From Cyanidioschyzon merolae (taxonomy: Eukaryota), in assembly GCA_000091205.1 (NCBI GenBank), contig AP006494.2: 64,000 nt of DNA; one strand, 5' to 3'. Positions 12,003-21,071 of this stretch are shown in pieces (positions within the stretch are counted from its first letter, which is position 1; each line of letters begins with the position of its first letter). The position numbers and the translations under genes are program-made. The notes under the pieces are model-generated. The model was not told the DNA's origin and made no database searches. It saw only the letters and a program-made list of their open reading frames with translations.

Positions 12003-12228
12003 AGAAATCAATTCCCTCGTCTCTGCGCTCACTGTACATGCGATTTGGCTCATACGCTGAGACCGCTGCACAAAACCCCAAGATCGCTAGCATCCGCGCT
12101 CCCTTGGCCATGCAACGCTTTCGAGCGCTGCAGCGGTGTTGCCAGGTCACGAAGGTCACGTAACGCTTCTGACCGCGTTTTCGTTATGCGCAACCGATCG
12201 TACCTGTTATCTCACCAGATTCGGCAAC

Positions 12229-13632
12229 TTAGTCTTGCTCTGGTGTATCTTCAAGTAGACGTCGAACCTCTTCGGCGAGCATGTCAGCATCTTGGCCGGG
12301 AGGCAGTGTCATGGACTCGGTACCTGCCACGTCGAGAAGATCTTCCACATTAACGTACTGCGAGAGGTCGAAGTCTTCCTCGGGAGCACCCGCTCCTGGA
12401 TGCATGCTTTCTGTTGCCGCCTCTGTATCCATGCCTGGATTGGGCTCGTTCTCATCATCGAGTAAAAGGATGGAGGGGCCTTTCGGACGCGAGTCGGCAA
12501 TGTCCGTCGGCATCGCTGGCGGTCCATCAGGTTGAAGCTGCCGATTGACTGCGGTGTTGCTCGACTCATCCCAAGCCGGTGCTTCGCCGCTCGGCAGGCC
12601 GGTGTCACGCTCCGCGTCGCTTGAGGTGGAGACCACTGCAACCGTCGGGTTCGCGGTGTTCCTCAGGGCCATATTGGCCATCTGGAGCTGCGCCATGAGG
12701 TTGCGAATGAGCTCAATCGATTCGGGGTGAGCGTTCCGTAGCACCAGCGACTGGGACGTGGGCGTCAGCGATTGCGGTTGCTGGCCCTGCAGCGGCGGCG
12801 AGGACGGCGGGTACGACTCCACCACGCTGTCGGTCATGAGCTCCCCGGTATCCCCCTTATACTCAATGCTGCCTATTGAGCGACCCGCTGTGCCTGCCAC
12901 CGGCTCGGTGGGCACGTTCATCAACCGCTTGCGTTTCCGTTCATCCAATTTGATCCCGTGTTGTTGCAGCAGCAACTGGAACGACTGGTAAATGAATTGC
13001 TTCATCTGTTCGACGCTGCTCTCTAGCTGTTGAATGCGTTGCTCACTGTATCGGAGTTTGCGCTCGAGTTCTATTTGGCGATGCCGCGAAGCCAGCAGCT
13101 CCTGCAGAAGCAGCTTCTTGTCGCGGCGGAGCAGCTCTACGTCCGGAGCACTGACGGAGCTATCCGGCCCGAACCCGTAGTTGCCGATCTCAAGTGCTGC
13201 GGTGTGTGGCGGGCTCGACTCTTTCCGCACCAGCGTTCTTGATGGTCGTCGACGCGTCACTTTGGAGAGCCACTCTGGATGATCTCGCACAAAGTACCGG
13301 TTCCCAAACACAAAGTGATCGCTGTCCAGCTTGCGAAAGCCGTATTGGTTCAGTTGTCGAGCGAAACTGGTAAAGTTACTGTGCTTGAAGTAACGCGGCA
13401 GAACCGTCCGGGCGAACTCACTGGGTAAATGAACTTGAAACGAAAGTCCATCGTCCCTCCAGGAGATGAGGTCGTCGGTAGCCGGATCATCGACCATAGC
13501 CCGCAACTTGGTGACAAACGGAGGCATCAGCGCTTTCTCCCACGCCGCCTCGATGGAGGACAACTCACTCGAATCTCGAGGAGGTCGGGAGGCAGCCTCT
13601 CCATGTACACTGTTGGTTACACTCTCTGTCAT
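12229..13632 (-). CDS. Heat shock transcription factor (HSF-type DNA-binding domain plus coiled-coil HR-A/B)
   Basis: The HSF DNA-binding domain is present: FVTKLRAMVDDPATDDLISW, YFKHSNFTSFARQLNQYGFRK. It is followed by a heptad-repeat oligomerisation region (LLRRDKKLLLQELLASRHRQIELERKL). ATG verified at 13630-13632. Confidence 0.85.
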   Translation of the reverse strand: MTESVTNSVHGEAASRPPRDSSELSSIEAAWEKALMPPFVTKLRAMVDDPATDDLISWRDDGLSFQVHLPSEFARTVLPRYFKHSNFTSFARQLNQYGFRKLDSDHFVFGNRYFVRDHPEWLSKVTRRRPSRTLVRKESSPPHTAALEIGNYGFGPDSSVSAPDVELLRRDKKLLLQELLASRHRQIELERKLRYSEQRIQQLESSVEQMKQFIYQSFQLLLQQHGIKLDERKRKRLMNVPTEPVAGTAGRSIGSIEYKGDTGELMTDSVVESYPPSSPPLQGQQPQSLTPTSQSLVLRNAHPESIELIRNLMAQLQMANMALRNTANPTVAVVSTSSDAERDTGLPSGEAPAWDESSNTAVNRQLQPDGPPAMPTDIADSRPKGPSILLLDDENEPNPGMDTEAATESMHPGAGAPEEDFDLSQYVNVEDLLDVAGTESMTLPPGQDADMLAEEVRRLLEDTPEQD

Positions 13633-14048
13633 GGTTTGTGTTCAAGAAAGAAAAGTTTCCCCGGAAACCCAAAACAATCAACGAGTAAGAGGGTATCGAA
13701 TAACGTCAAGATGTTCGCCGCTCGGGAGCTTTCAACTGGATTCTGTTCCGAGCGTGCTGCGTGCAATCCACTGTTTTTTCTCAGGGTAGCGCAAGAGATC
13801 GAAATCACGATGCAAAGTATCTTATGGAGCTGGGATGGGTTGCCTGTAGGATGTATATTCTTTAGTGAAGTGCCCATGGAGGACTGCATTCATCGTTCAG
13901 GTCAGTCATAGCTCAGTACGCATATGGTTGAGGAACACTGAAAGAATGTAGCGTATGCGGTCCGCGTAAAAACTGATATTCCTTAAAGACAGTTTGCGGT
14001 CAGTGGTAGAAAACGAACAGTTCATCATCTTATGGAAAGCAAAAAGCG

Positions 14049-14640
14049 ATGACAGTAGCCACGACGGGCATCCCTGTTTCTCAACAGCTTGTGCGTCTGG
14101 TCATGAAAACACTGAGAGACAGTCGGAAAGACAGAGTCATCGTTCAAGCATGGCCATCTGCCACTGAAATTGCAATGATAGCGTTCCTGGAAGCTCGCGA
14201 TTGGCATAAAGCACAGAAACGTCGGTTTATTTTCTCAGTTGATGGTGCTTGCTTCGGACGAAAAGGTCGGAGCGTATATGGATATTCGCATAGCAGGTAG
14301 CCTATTGAATGTACGATCGAACTCAAAAAGAACGATGACATCATCTGTTCTGGCGGGACGGATTCATCGGCGGCCTCAGTTTCGATCGTAGAGAAGGCTC
14401 ATCGAACAGCACCCATTTCGTCGAACCATTGTCGACGTTTCCCTGGCGTCTGGCGACGTTTTGCTAATGGACAACGCGGTATTTCATCAGTCCCCTTGCG
14501 TTCGCGGTTTTGCCGATGCTTTCGGGGAAGAGAGCTGATTTACATTCGCCCTTATTCCCCGTGGTTAAACCGCATCGAAGGAGCGTTTTCTATCGTAGAA
14601 AGGAATGATCTCTGCATTGGGTGAATCGCTGATGCGTTCA
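14049..14640 (+). pseudogene. Tc1/mariner (IS630-like) DDE transposase remnant
   Basis: Frameshifted pieces carry the DDE_3 catalytic motifs. RRFIFSVDGACF matches the first D (consensus iFsDEs.f). LLMDNAVFHQS matches the second D (consensus DNAp.H). PYSPWLNRIEGAFS matches PYSPDLNPIE..WS. No intact ORF and no clear TIRs were found. Confidence 0.5.
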
Positions 14641-14719
14641 GCACACGGTGACACACCGGGGCACATGTCGTCTCTCTTCCGCAAGTGATTCACCCTGAGG
14701 GAAGCTTCTTACCTGGGGG

Positions 14720-17087
14720 CATGAAGAAGTGTGTTCTATTTCAAAAATAAACAAGCCAATGGAAAGCTATCGACATGCAGGTCGGGGATCCTGGAGGGCC
14801 ATCTTCGCCGGGTTCGGCGAAGAAAACGGAAAACAATACCGATCCCAGGGGAACAAGAGAAGGCGAAGAAGCACAAGCAGGAAGCCAGGCGTCAAAAGCA
14901 ACTAGAAAGACGACAACACCGCGAGATTTGAGTGAAAGCTTGTCTTCTGAGACATACCAAGGATTCGTACAAGCAAAATTCACAAGAGGCTGTCAGAATC
15001 CTTGTCGCGTCGTACTCCAGGAGGGAACATTAGGCTTCTTTAGGACTCATGCATTTGCTGAAGGAGATGTACGACAACGTGCCGCATATGGAAACAGTCG
15101 ATATTCCAGAGGAATTTTTCAACAAGACCTTTATTCGTCACCTGACGCTTGGCACAGGGGAAGCGCCGAGGAGAAATGAACTGGTGCATGCCCTCCATGA
15201 AAATCATTCCGAGTACCGCTTCAACGGTGTTCGATGCAAGGGTGACTAGGGTATGTACACCTACGAAGCGATGAAGTACCTCACGAATCTGAAGAACAGT
15301 ACGACCATGAACCTCCAACGTTTCATGATACGCGCCATCTCTGCGCTGTACCAGGGCCTCTCTCGCAGAGGGATACGGGCCATCATCGACGGCATCACGA
15401 ACGATAGTACGAGTGAACAGGAGACCGAATTCGTCAAAGAGAAGACATCACGCAGGGGAAAGAATGAAGCTTTTGTGATCGGTGCAGCTATTCAAGAGCA
15501 TCGTGAAGTCTTGGGGCTTGTCAACCCAGCAGAAATGGTATCAGATGTGAAAAAAGATGAGGAATGATGCTCTCCCCTCAACCTGTGCTATTTCGTATTC
15601 CTGAACCGAGAACTCGAACGCAAGGCGGAGACGGAGCAAAGTGAAAAAAAAGAAGAGACAGACAGACAGACGGACAGACGGAAGGCTGTGCTGCTGGAGA
15701 AGCGCTTCAACGTCGATCCGTTGTCCAACATCAAGTCATATTTTGTGACAATCGACTCCAAAATCCTTTACGGCATCATGAGGAAGATCAGTCCAGAGTT
15801 CAATGTTAGCAGGGAGGAGTTTACCGGCGAAAACCGGGAGACGTATTGGAAGAACATCTTCAATTTCAAACGTCTCAAAGTCAGCAAACAAAAGGTATTC
15901 ACTGGTGTGATCGAAACCGATGGAGTATCCATATATATGTGTACACTATCGGCGCTTGAAGACAGATCGTCCAGTTCCGTCCCCGGCTGCACCCGTCACG
16001 AAGGATGAAGAAAAGGAGGAGGCTGGTGCTGCGACGCAGGAAGTACAGGATAACGACTTTACGGTTGACGCGACGAAGCATGAAGAAAACAAAGGAGCGG
16101 ATCCTGCGATGCAGAAAGTCCAGGATAACGACTTTGTCGTTGGCGCGGACCCTGGGAATACGAATATCATAGCCATCGCTGCTCCCAAGCGTGCGGAAGA
16201 TGGCGCTGACGGTAACTTGCGTCAGAAAGACATGCGTCTGTTGAGATTCTCGAGAGCGTGATACGATCGAGAATCCGGTATAATGAATGCGAGGAAGAAA
16301 ATCGAGACGTGGAACGCAGGAGTGAAAGAGCACCTGGAAGCTTTGAGCGAGGTGACGAGCCGCGGAGCGGACTTTGAAGCTTTTCGGGAGTTCATGGAAT
16401 TTCGCATTGCGCATCGGGATGCGCTGTGGGAGGAGCATACCAAGCCCCGGTGGGCTCGTCTGCGAATGAATCTATACGGTGGGAGGCAGCGCGCGTTCGC
16501 GAATTTTCGCAATCAGTTGAGCGCCTTGCAGGAGAATGAAATTCAGAGGCTCGTAGTAGCGTACGGAGCAGGGCGCTGGAAGACACAAAAAGGGTGTACA
16601 CCAGCTCCAACGACGAGGGTGCACAAGGAGTGCACAAGGCGTTTTGTTACGATACCTGTAGATGAGTTCCGAACGACGTTTACACACCATGAACTGGGGT
16701 GTACACTTCAAAGGGTCGAGATGGAAAGGCGCTAGAGGAGCCCTGAAGATATAGCAAAGCACGGACCGCAGACGGAAGAGGAAATGGAAAGGATGGCGAA
16801 AGTTCGAGGGCTACTCGCATTGGTTAGCACAACCATTGATGGCAAGAAACGTATGGAGTTTTTGAATCGAGACTTTATCGCCGCGATCAATATAAGGAAA
16901 TGTGCGGTGCTGGAGACGAGACCTCCAGAGCTGACAAGAGGGAACTTTGTTGGACAATCACTTAAAGTCGAACCATATGAGAAAAAGGTGGAAGCAGTAG
17001 TCGATGGCCGGTCCAAAAAAACTGCGAGGCGTCTGCACGTTAGTTGGCGACGCCTTGTATAGGGCGGGCTTCTCGCCACTACTATAC
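14720..17087 (+). mobile_element. TnpB/Fanzor-like element, copy 2 (chimeric: divergent 5' third)
   Basis: From ~15785 to 17087 it is near-identical to copies 1 and 3. From ~14720 to 15785 it is only ~70-75% identical at the protein level (MHLLKEMYDNVPHMETVDIPEEFF vs MHLVREMYEDVTHMETVEIPDEF). A (GACA)n microsatellite sits at 15655-15690, just upstream of the ~15785 junction. The 3' end is ...ttctcgccactactata. Confidence 0.65.
14775..17062 (+). pseudogene. Fanzor/TnpB-like nuclease reading frame (interrupted)
   Basis: ORF pieces 14775..15179, 15049..15249, 15253..15567, 15688..16008, 15920..16261 (GADPGNTNIIAIAA), 16283..16735 and 16784..17062 (RDFIAAINI). Stops are in-frame at 15565-15567, 16259-16261 and 16733-16735. 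Confidence 0.6.
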
Positions 17088-17157
17088 ACCGCTGCCGTCG
17101 TTCGACTTAGAACGGCTTTTGGTATTGGCGGTGGTACAGCGGCCTTGCCTCGTGTTT

Positions 17158-18084
17158 ATGGCAACGAGCGTTTCGGAAAGCGAGTTGCAACTGCTTCCGC
17201 ACTGGCTTTCGTGTATCCATGCGAAGCGGTCAACCTGGACGTGTTCCCAAGACTATGCGCGGTTCGTTCGGCTCTTGCGGGATATCTCCTTGGAGCTCTA
17301 TGTGGCGCGCAACCAGCCCAACGTGCTCGTTCAACTCGCACGTTACGGTTCAGCGTGCACACGGGTTGTGAACGATCTTATCACGGTCTGGAGTGTTCCG
17401 CTTCTACACGAGAGCGTTTCCAGGGCGGTGATTCGGTTTCTAGTGGTTTGTCAGACCGGCAGCGGACCAGAGCAAGTCAAGAGGCGGGCTCTGGCCTGGG
17501 CGCGACACCTGCTGCGACTCGCTGTCTCTCCAGCGATCAACGCAACCTTTATCGATGAGGGCTTAGGTTCAGCTCGAGTTGTGGATGAACTTTGCACTGT
17601 TATCGGGGCCATGGGTTGCCAGGCGCGCATACCAGCTGAACTTGGCGTTCTGATTCCATCGCTCATTCAGGGTGCATGCTGTGCAGACCTTGTTGCTGCT
17701 CTCGTGCCGACGATTGCGGCAATGCTCGAGTCGCAAGCGACCAGTCCCGCATGGCGTCATGCCGTTCGCTGCGCATTCACCTGGGAAGATGCGGAAACGA
17801 AGTACTGTGCTTTTCGCGACGGGTTGTCGGCGACTCTGCAAAATATGCTCCTCGCGGCAGACGCGCAGCTCTTGTGCCAGTGCCTCCAGTCCCCGGAGGC
17901 ACTACTCAAAACACCGCTGGATCATCTCAGCGAGCGATTCGATCACATTCGCCTCTTCTTGCGTTTACAACATGGAGCGGATCCGGATACCAAGGCATCT
18001 GCTGACGACGTCAATACAGTCTCGACGCAGAACCAGAGCGGACCGGATCTCGCAACGACGCCTCGAGCAGGAACGATGACCTGA
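17158..18084 (+). CDS. Hypothetical protein (no recognised domain)
   Basis: Long ORF with GC-rich codon usage. The first ATG lies downstream of the element end. The ORF track's 5' extension (17044-17157) runs through the element's 3' terminus and is not host sequence. Confidence 0.3.
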   Translation: MATSVSESELQLLPHWLSCIHAKRSTWTCSQDYARFVRLLRDISLELYVARNQPNVLVQLARYGSACTRVVNDLITVWSVPLLHESVSRAVIRFLVVCQTGSGPEQVKRRALAWARHLLRLAVSPAINATFIDEGLGSARVVDELCTVIGAMGCQARIPAELGVLIPSLIQGACCADLVAALVPTIAAMLESQATSPAWRHAVRCAFTWEDAETKYCAFRDGLSATLQNMLLAADAQLLCQCLQSPEALLKTPLDHLSERFDHIRLFLRLQHGADPDTKASADDVNTVSTQNQSGPDLATTPRAGTMT

Positions 18085-18594
18085 GGCGTATTCGCATTTT
18101 GGTGCTGGTGATGCGGTGCAGCAACGTGATCCATCGGTTGCACGAAGGAGCACTCGCTGGTATTTTCGACGAAATGCGACGAATTTGCGGTCAGCGCGCA
18201 GGCATCTCGGGTCGAGCACCCAGTCTGATGTGCGAGCGATCGCAGCCTCCGAGCCATTCCTGCACTGAACCAGATCCAATTTACATTTTGCAAATCTCCG
18301 AGGGATTCGAACGGCCTTGGCGGGCGGGCCCGGAATGCTTCATCGTGGGACTGCGGCAGAGTGCAGGTGTTCCACACGCCGGACTGTTCACGTCGCCCAT
18401 GGATGCCCGCCAGGAGGCATGGGCGAGCAGCTCGTCTCTAACTGCTGGCGCTCCTGCATGCGGACGCTATACGCACCCACACATACAGAGGGAAAGAGAG
18501 AGACTGCCACCGGTTTCGTTTCGTATGAAGCTACGCCCATTCATGAAACTGATAGGCGCGCGAACGGGTTCGAATACGTGGCGCGCGGGATGCG

Positions 18595-19026
18595 TCATTC
18601 TACTGGATTCGCGATATACGGTTTCATCAGTTTCATGAAGTGGATATCGAATAGCTTGCATCGAATAGGCATGTCCTGTACATAAAAAGGGTTTTTTAAC
18701 GCATAGTCGGCGTAGAGGAGATGAAGTCGCCGCAAAATTCCCAGTAAGATTTCATCCGTGACTTCCGGGGTTGCAATCGCCACGAACTGTATACCCGTTA
18801 GCGGCTGATAAAGCCGCAGACGAAACGTTTTCGCTTCTAACGATGTTAGTCCAATATCGTCTAAAATATCAACTGGTGAAACCTGTCGTGAGATCTGCTG
18901 AACGCTGTGCAGTGTCGAGGCCAGTCGAAGGCACTCGTTCAAAGGATGCACCTGTGAGCCTTGAAACTGGGCGCTGTAGATTAAGCCTCCGGACCTGTTT
19001 ATGATAAACACGGTGTAAATCGGCAT
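18595..19026 (-). CDS. TRAPPC1: TRAPP complex subunit 1 (Bet5/sybindin-like longin fold)
   Basis: 143 aa. MPIYTVFIINRSGGLIY ... FRLRLYQPLTGIQFVAIATPE ... LYADYALKNPFY fits the Bet5/TRAPPC1 family in both length and motif order. ATG verified. Confidence 0.75.
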   Translation of the reverse strand: MPIYTVFIINRSGGLIYSAQFQGSQVHPLNECLRLASTLHSVQQISRQVSPVDILDDIGLTSLEAKTFRLRLYQPLTGIQFVAIATPEVTDEILLGILRRLHLLYADYALKNPFYVQDMPIRCKLFDIHFMKLMKPYIANPVE

Positions 19027-20362
19027 ATCAGTATCCAGTCGGCACAGTGACTGTGCCTCTTCACCAGTGACGGGCTCTTGACGAAAACCGAAGCACCAGG
19101 TACAGTGCTCGACCGCGCCGCTGCAGCACGCAGCGGGCCAACACTGTCAGAGAGTTTCGACGTTGACGTTCGCGCCGAGGCTCGCCAGCGCGCATGATGC
19201 ACGCTCGTCATCTGTTCATTCGTGTTTTGTATGTTTATTCATGAACATATGAAGGCAGTATCTGGTCCAGACGCGCATGGCCTACCCATGTCCGATCGAG
19301 GTCGCGAAACCTTGTTCAATGAATGAGATCGAGTGGACGAAGCCTTTAAAGCCCCAGATGCGTCGATGCTGACAGCTAGCTGGGCAGAGGCCGTCGTTCA
19401 CCTACAGATGCTTCTCCGCTCGATAAGCGAGCGATCAGTCCTCCCGTCAGACTCAGAAAATAGAGGCAGCCACTGTTGGGGTACAACGCGAACCGTGAGC
19501 TCCGTTCCGCAACGCTGGATGCACTGCCGCCGCTGACGCCATGCGGCAGGAGAACGGCTCTTCGTTGCGTTTAGAGGCGGCGCCTGAAGAGTTCGCGGTA
19601 TCTGCGTAGCGCACCGATCAAGCAGGGATCCCTTGCGTAGATCCACAGAATACAGATGTTTGATGGTGTCGGAACGGTGGATCTTAGCCAGTGCCGCCCG
19701 GAGATGTGAAGAAGGTACCTGCTCGGAGAGCGCTTCCACGATGTACTGCAGTCAGATGGATGCCTGGAATGCAAGGTTCGGAAAAATGATCGGTTTTATG
19801 AACGCAACAAAGACTCGCCAATATGAAAAATGCAATTGACTACGAATTTTCCGGTGATTTCGTGAACGCGTCCGTGTGGAATACATCCTATTCATGCTCG
19901 AGTTTGGGATGCAAACAGCAGCGGTTGGTGCATATCCAGAACGTCCACCAAGGGAATCCATCTGATCTTCCTCACTTACAGGATATACATACGGCCAGCG
20001 ATGAGGTCCATCGGATTCATACGTCTGGCTGCTTTCATCTATGCGGTGTAGACACGCTGGACAATGAAGCTTCTACTCCAAGGTGTCGCTTATGAGCCCT
20101 AGAGCCACTGCAACGAAGCTGCTCTTGTCCGGACTTGCAACCCAGCGCAACCCAATGGTCAGCGTCCACTAGAATCCGACACAGCAGCCCGTTACCCGCA
20201 GACATCAGAATGGAAGCGTCTCGCTGCAGGACGATGGGCATGCGCCGCAGTCTTGCCAATGAGCCGGATCAATCGCCGCATCCGTAGAACAAAGAACAGA
20301 GACCAACTACCAACTAGCAACGAGATAACGATTTCTTTCGCCATCTACGATAAACGTTAAAA

Positions 20363-20850
20363 TGAGGAAAAGTTTCCTCGTTGGCGAAAGTTTACCTTAC
20401 AGGCGGAAGGTCCCGCGAGCTGAACGAGTGTGCCCGGCGAGTGCTTCATGCGACTCTACAGAGGCAGATGCCAAAGTAAGATATGAGCAGCAGCTCATCG
20501 TAACGCAATGCTTTCTGGGAATAGGAGCAGGACGCTGCGTCTGGGCGTCGCCCTTGTCGCAGCGGACTCCTCGTATATCGCTTCGCAGTGCCGCAGACAG
20601 TACGTCTGTCTGCGCAGCTCGCAGGCTCCCAGAATGATCATGAATCCAGACCCGGTATCGGGTGAAGCATTCCTCGAGCCGAGGCCCTCAGTGGTATAGC
20701 AAAGCCGTTCGAGCTCCATGAACTATCTGCTCCAGCGGTTCAAGCGCAAAGGTGGATGATTAGGGTAGGTACGAGGCACACACGATAGGACGTATGAAAC
20801 GACCAAAATATCCGAGAAGAAGTATAGGTAATGTAAATTGGAGGTAGGTG
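20363..20850 (+). repeat. Dispersed ~470-bp repeat family R2, copy A
   Basis: Shares the core (t)taccttacaggcggaaggtcccgcgagc and the 3' portion ...cctcgagccgaggccctcagtggtatagc...gataggacgtatgaaacgacc with the copies at 26085-26552 (-), 28140-28386 and 32288-32715. Confidence 0.6.
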
Positions 20851-21071
20851 CTTCATCACGGACGCTTTCCAGAAAGCCGTTATCCTTTCCGAATTCTAGG
20901 ATCCATGGTCAATGGAAACGTCTTGTCAATAAAAAAATCGCGCTCAATGGGCGCACCCCGGAGATCGGGCAGTCAACTGACGCGATGCGCGTGCCGTTGT
21001 TGAAGGGAAACTCAATTGGGATCAGTAACGTGTTGTTCAGCTGTGAACGTCGGATATCGGTCCAGGCCATA

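Noticed and set aside
18290-18310. gggattcgaacgg resembling the reverse complement of a tRNA T-arm/acceptor end
   Set aside because: The surrounding sequence cannot form the T-stem, D-arm or anticodon stem. No cloverleaf could be drawn.
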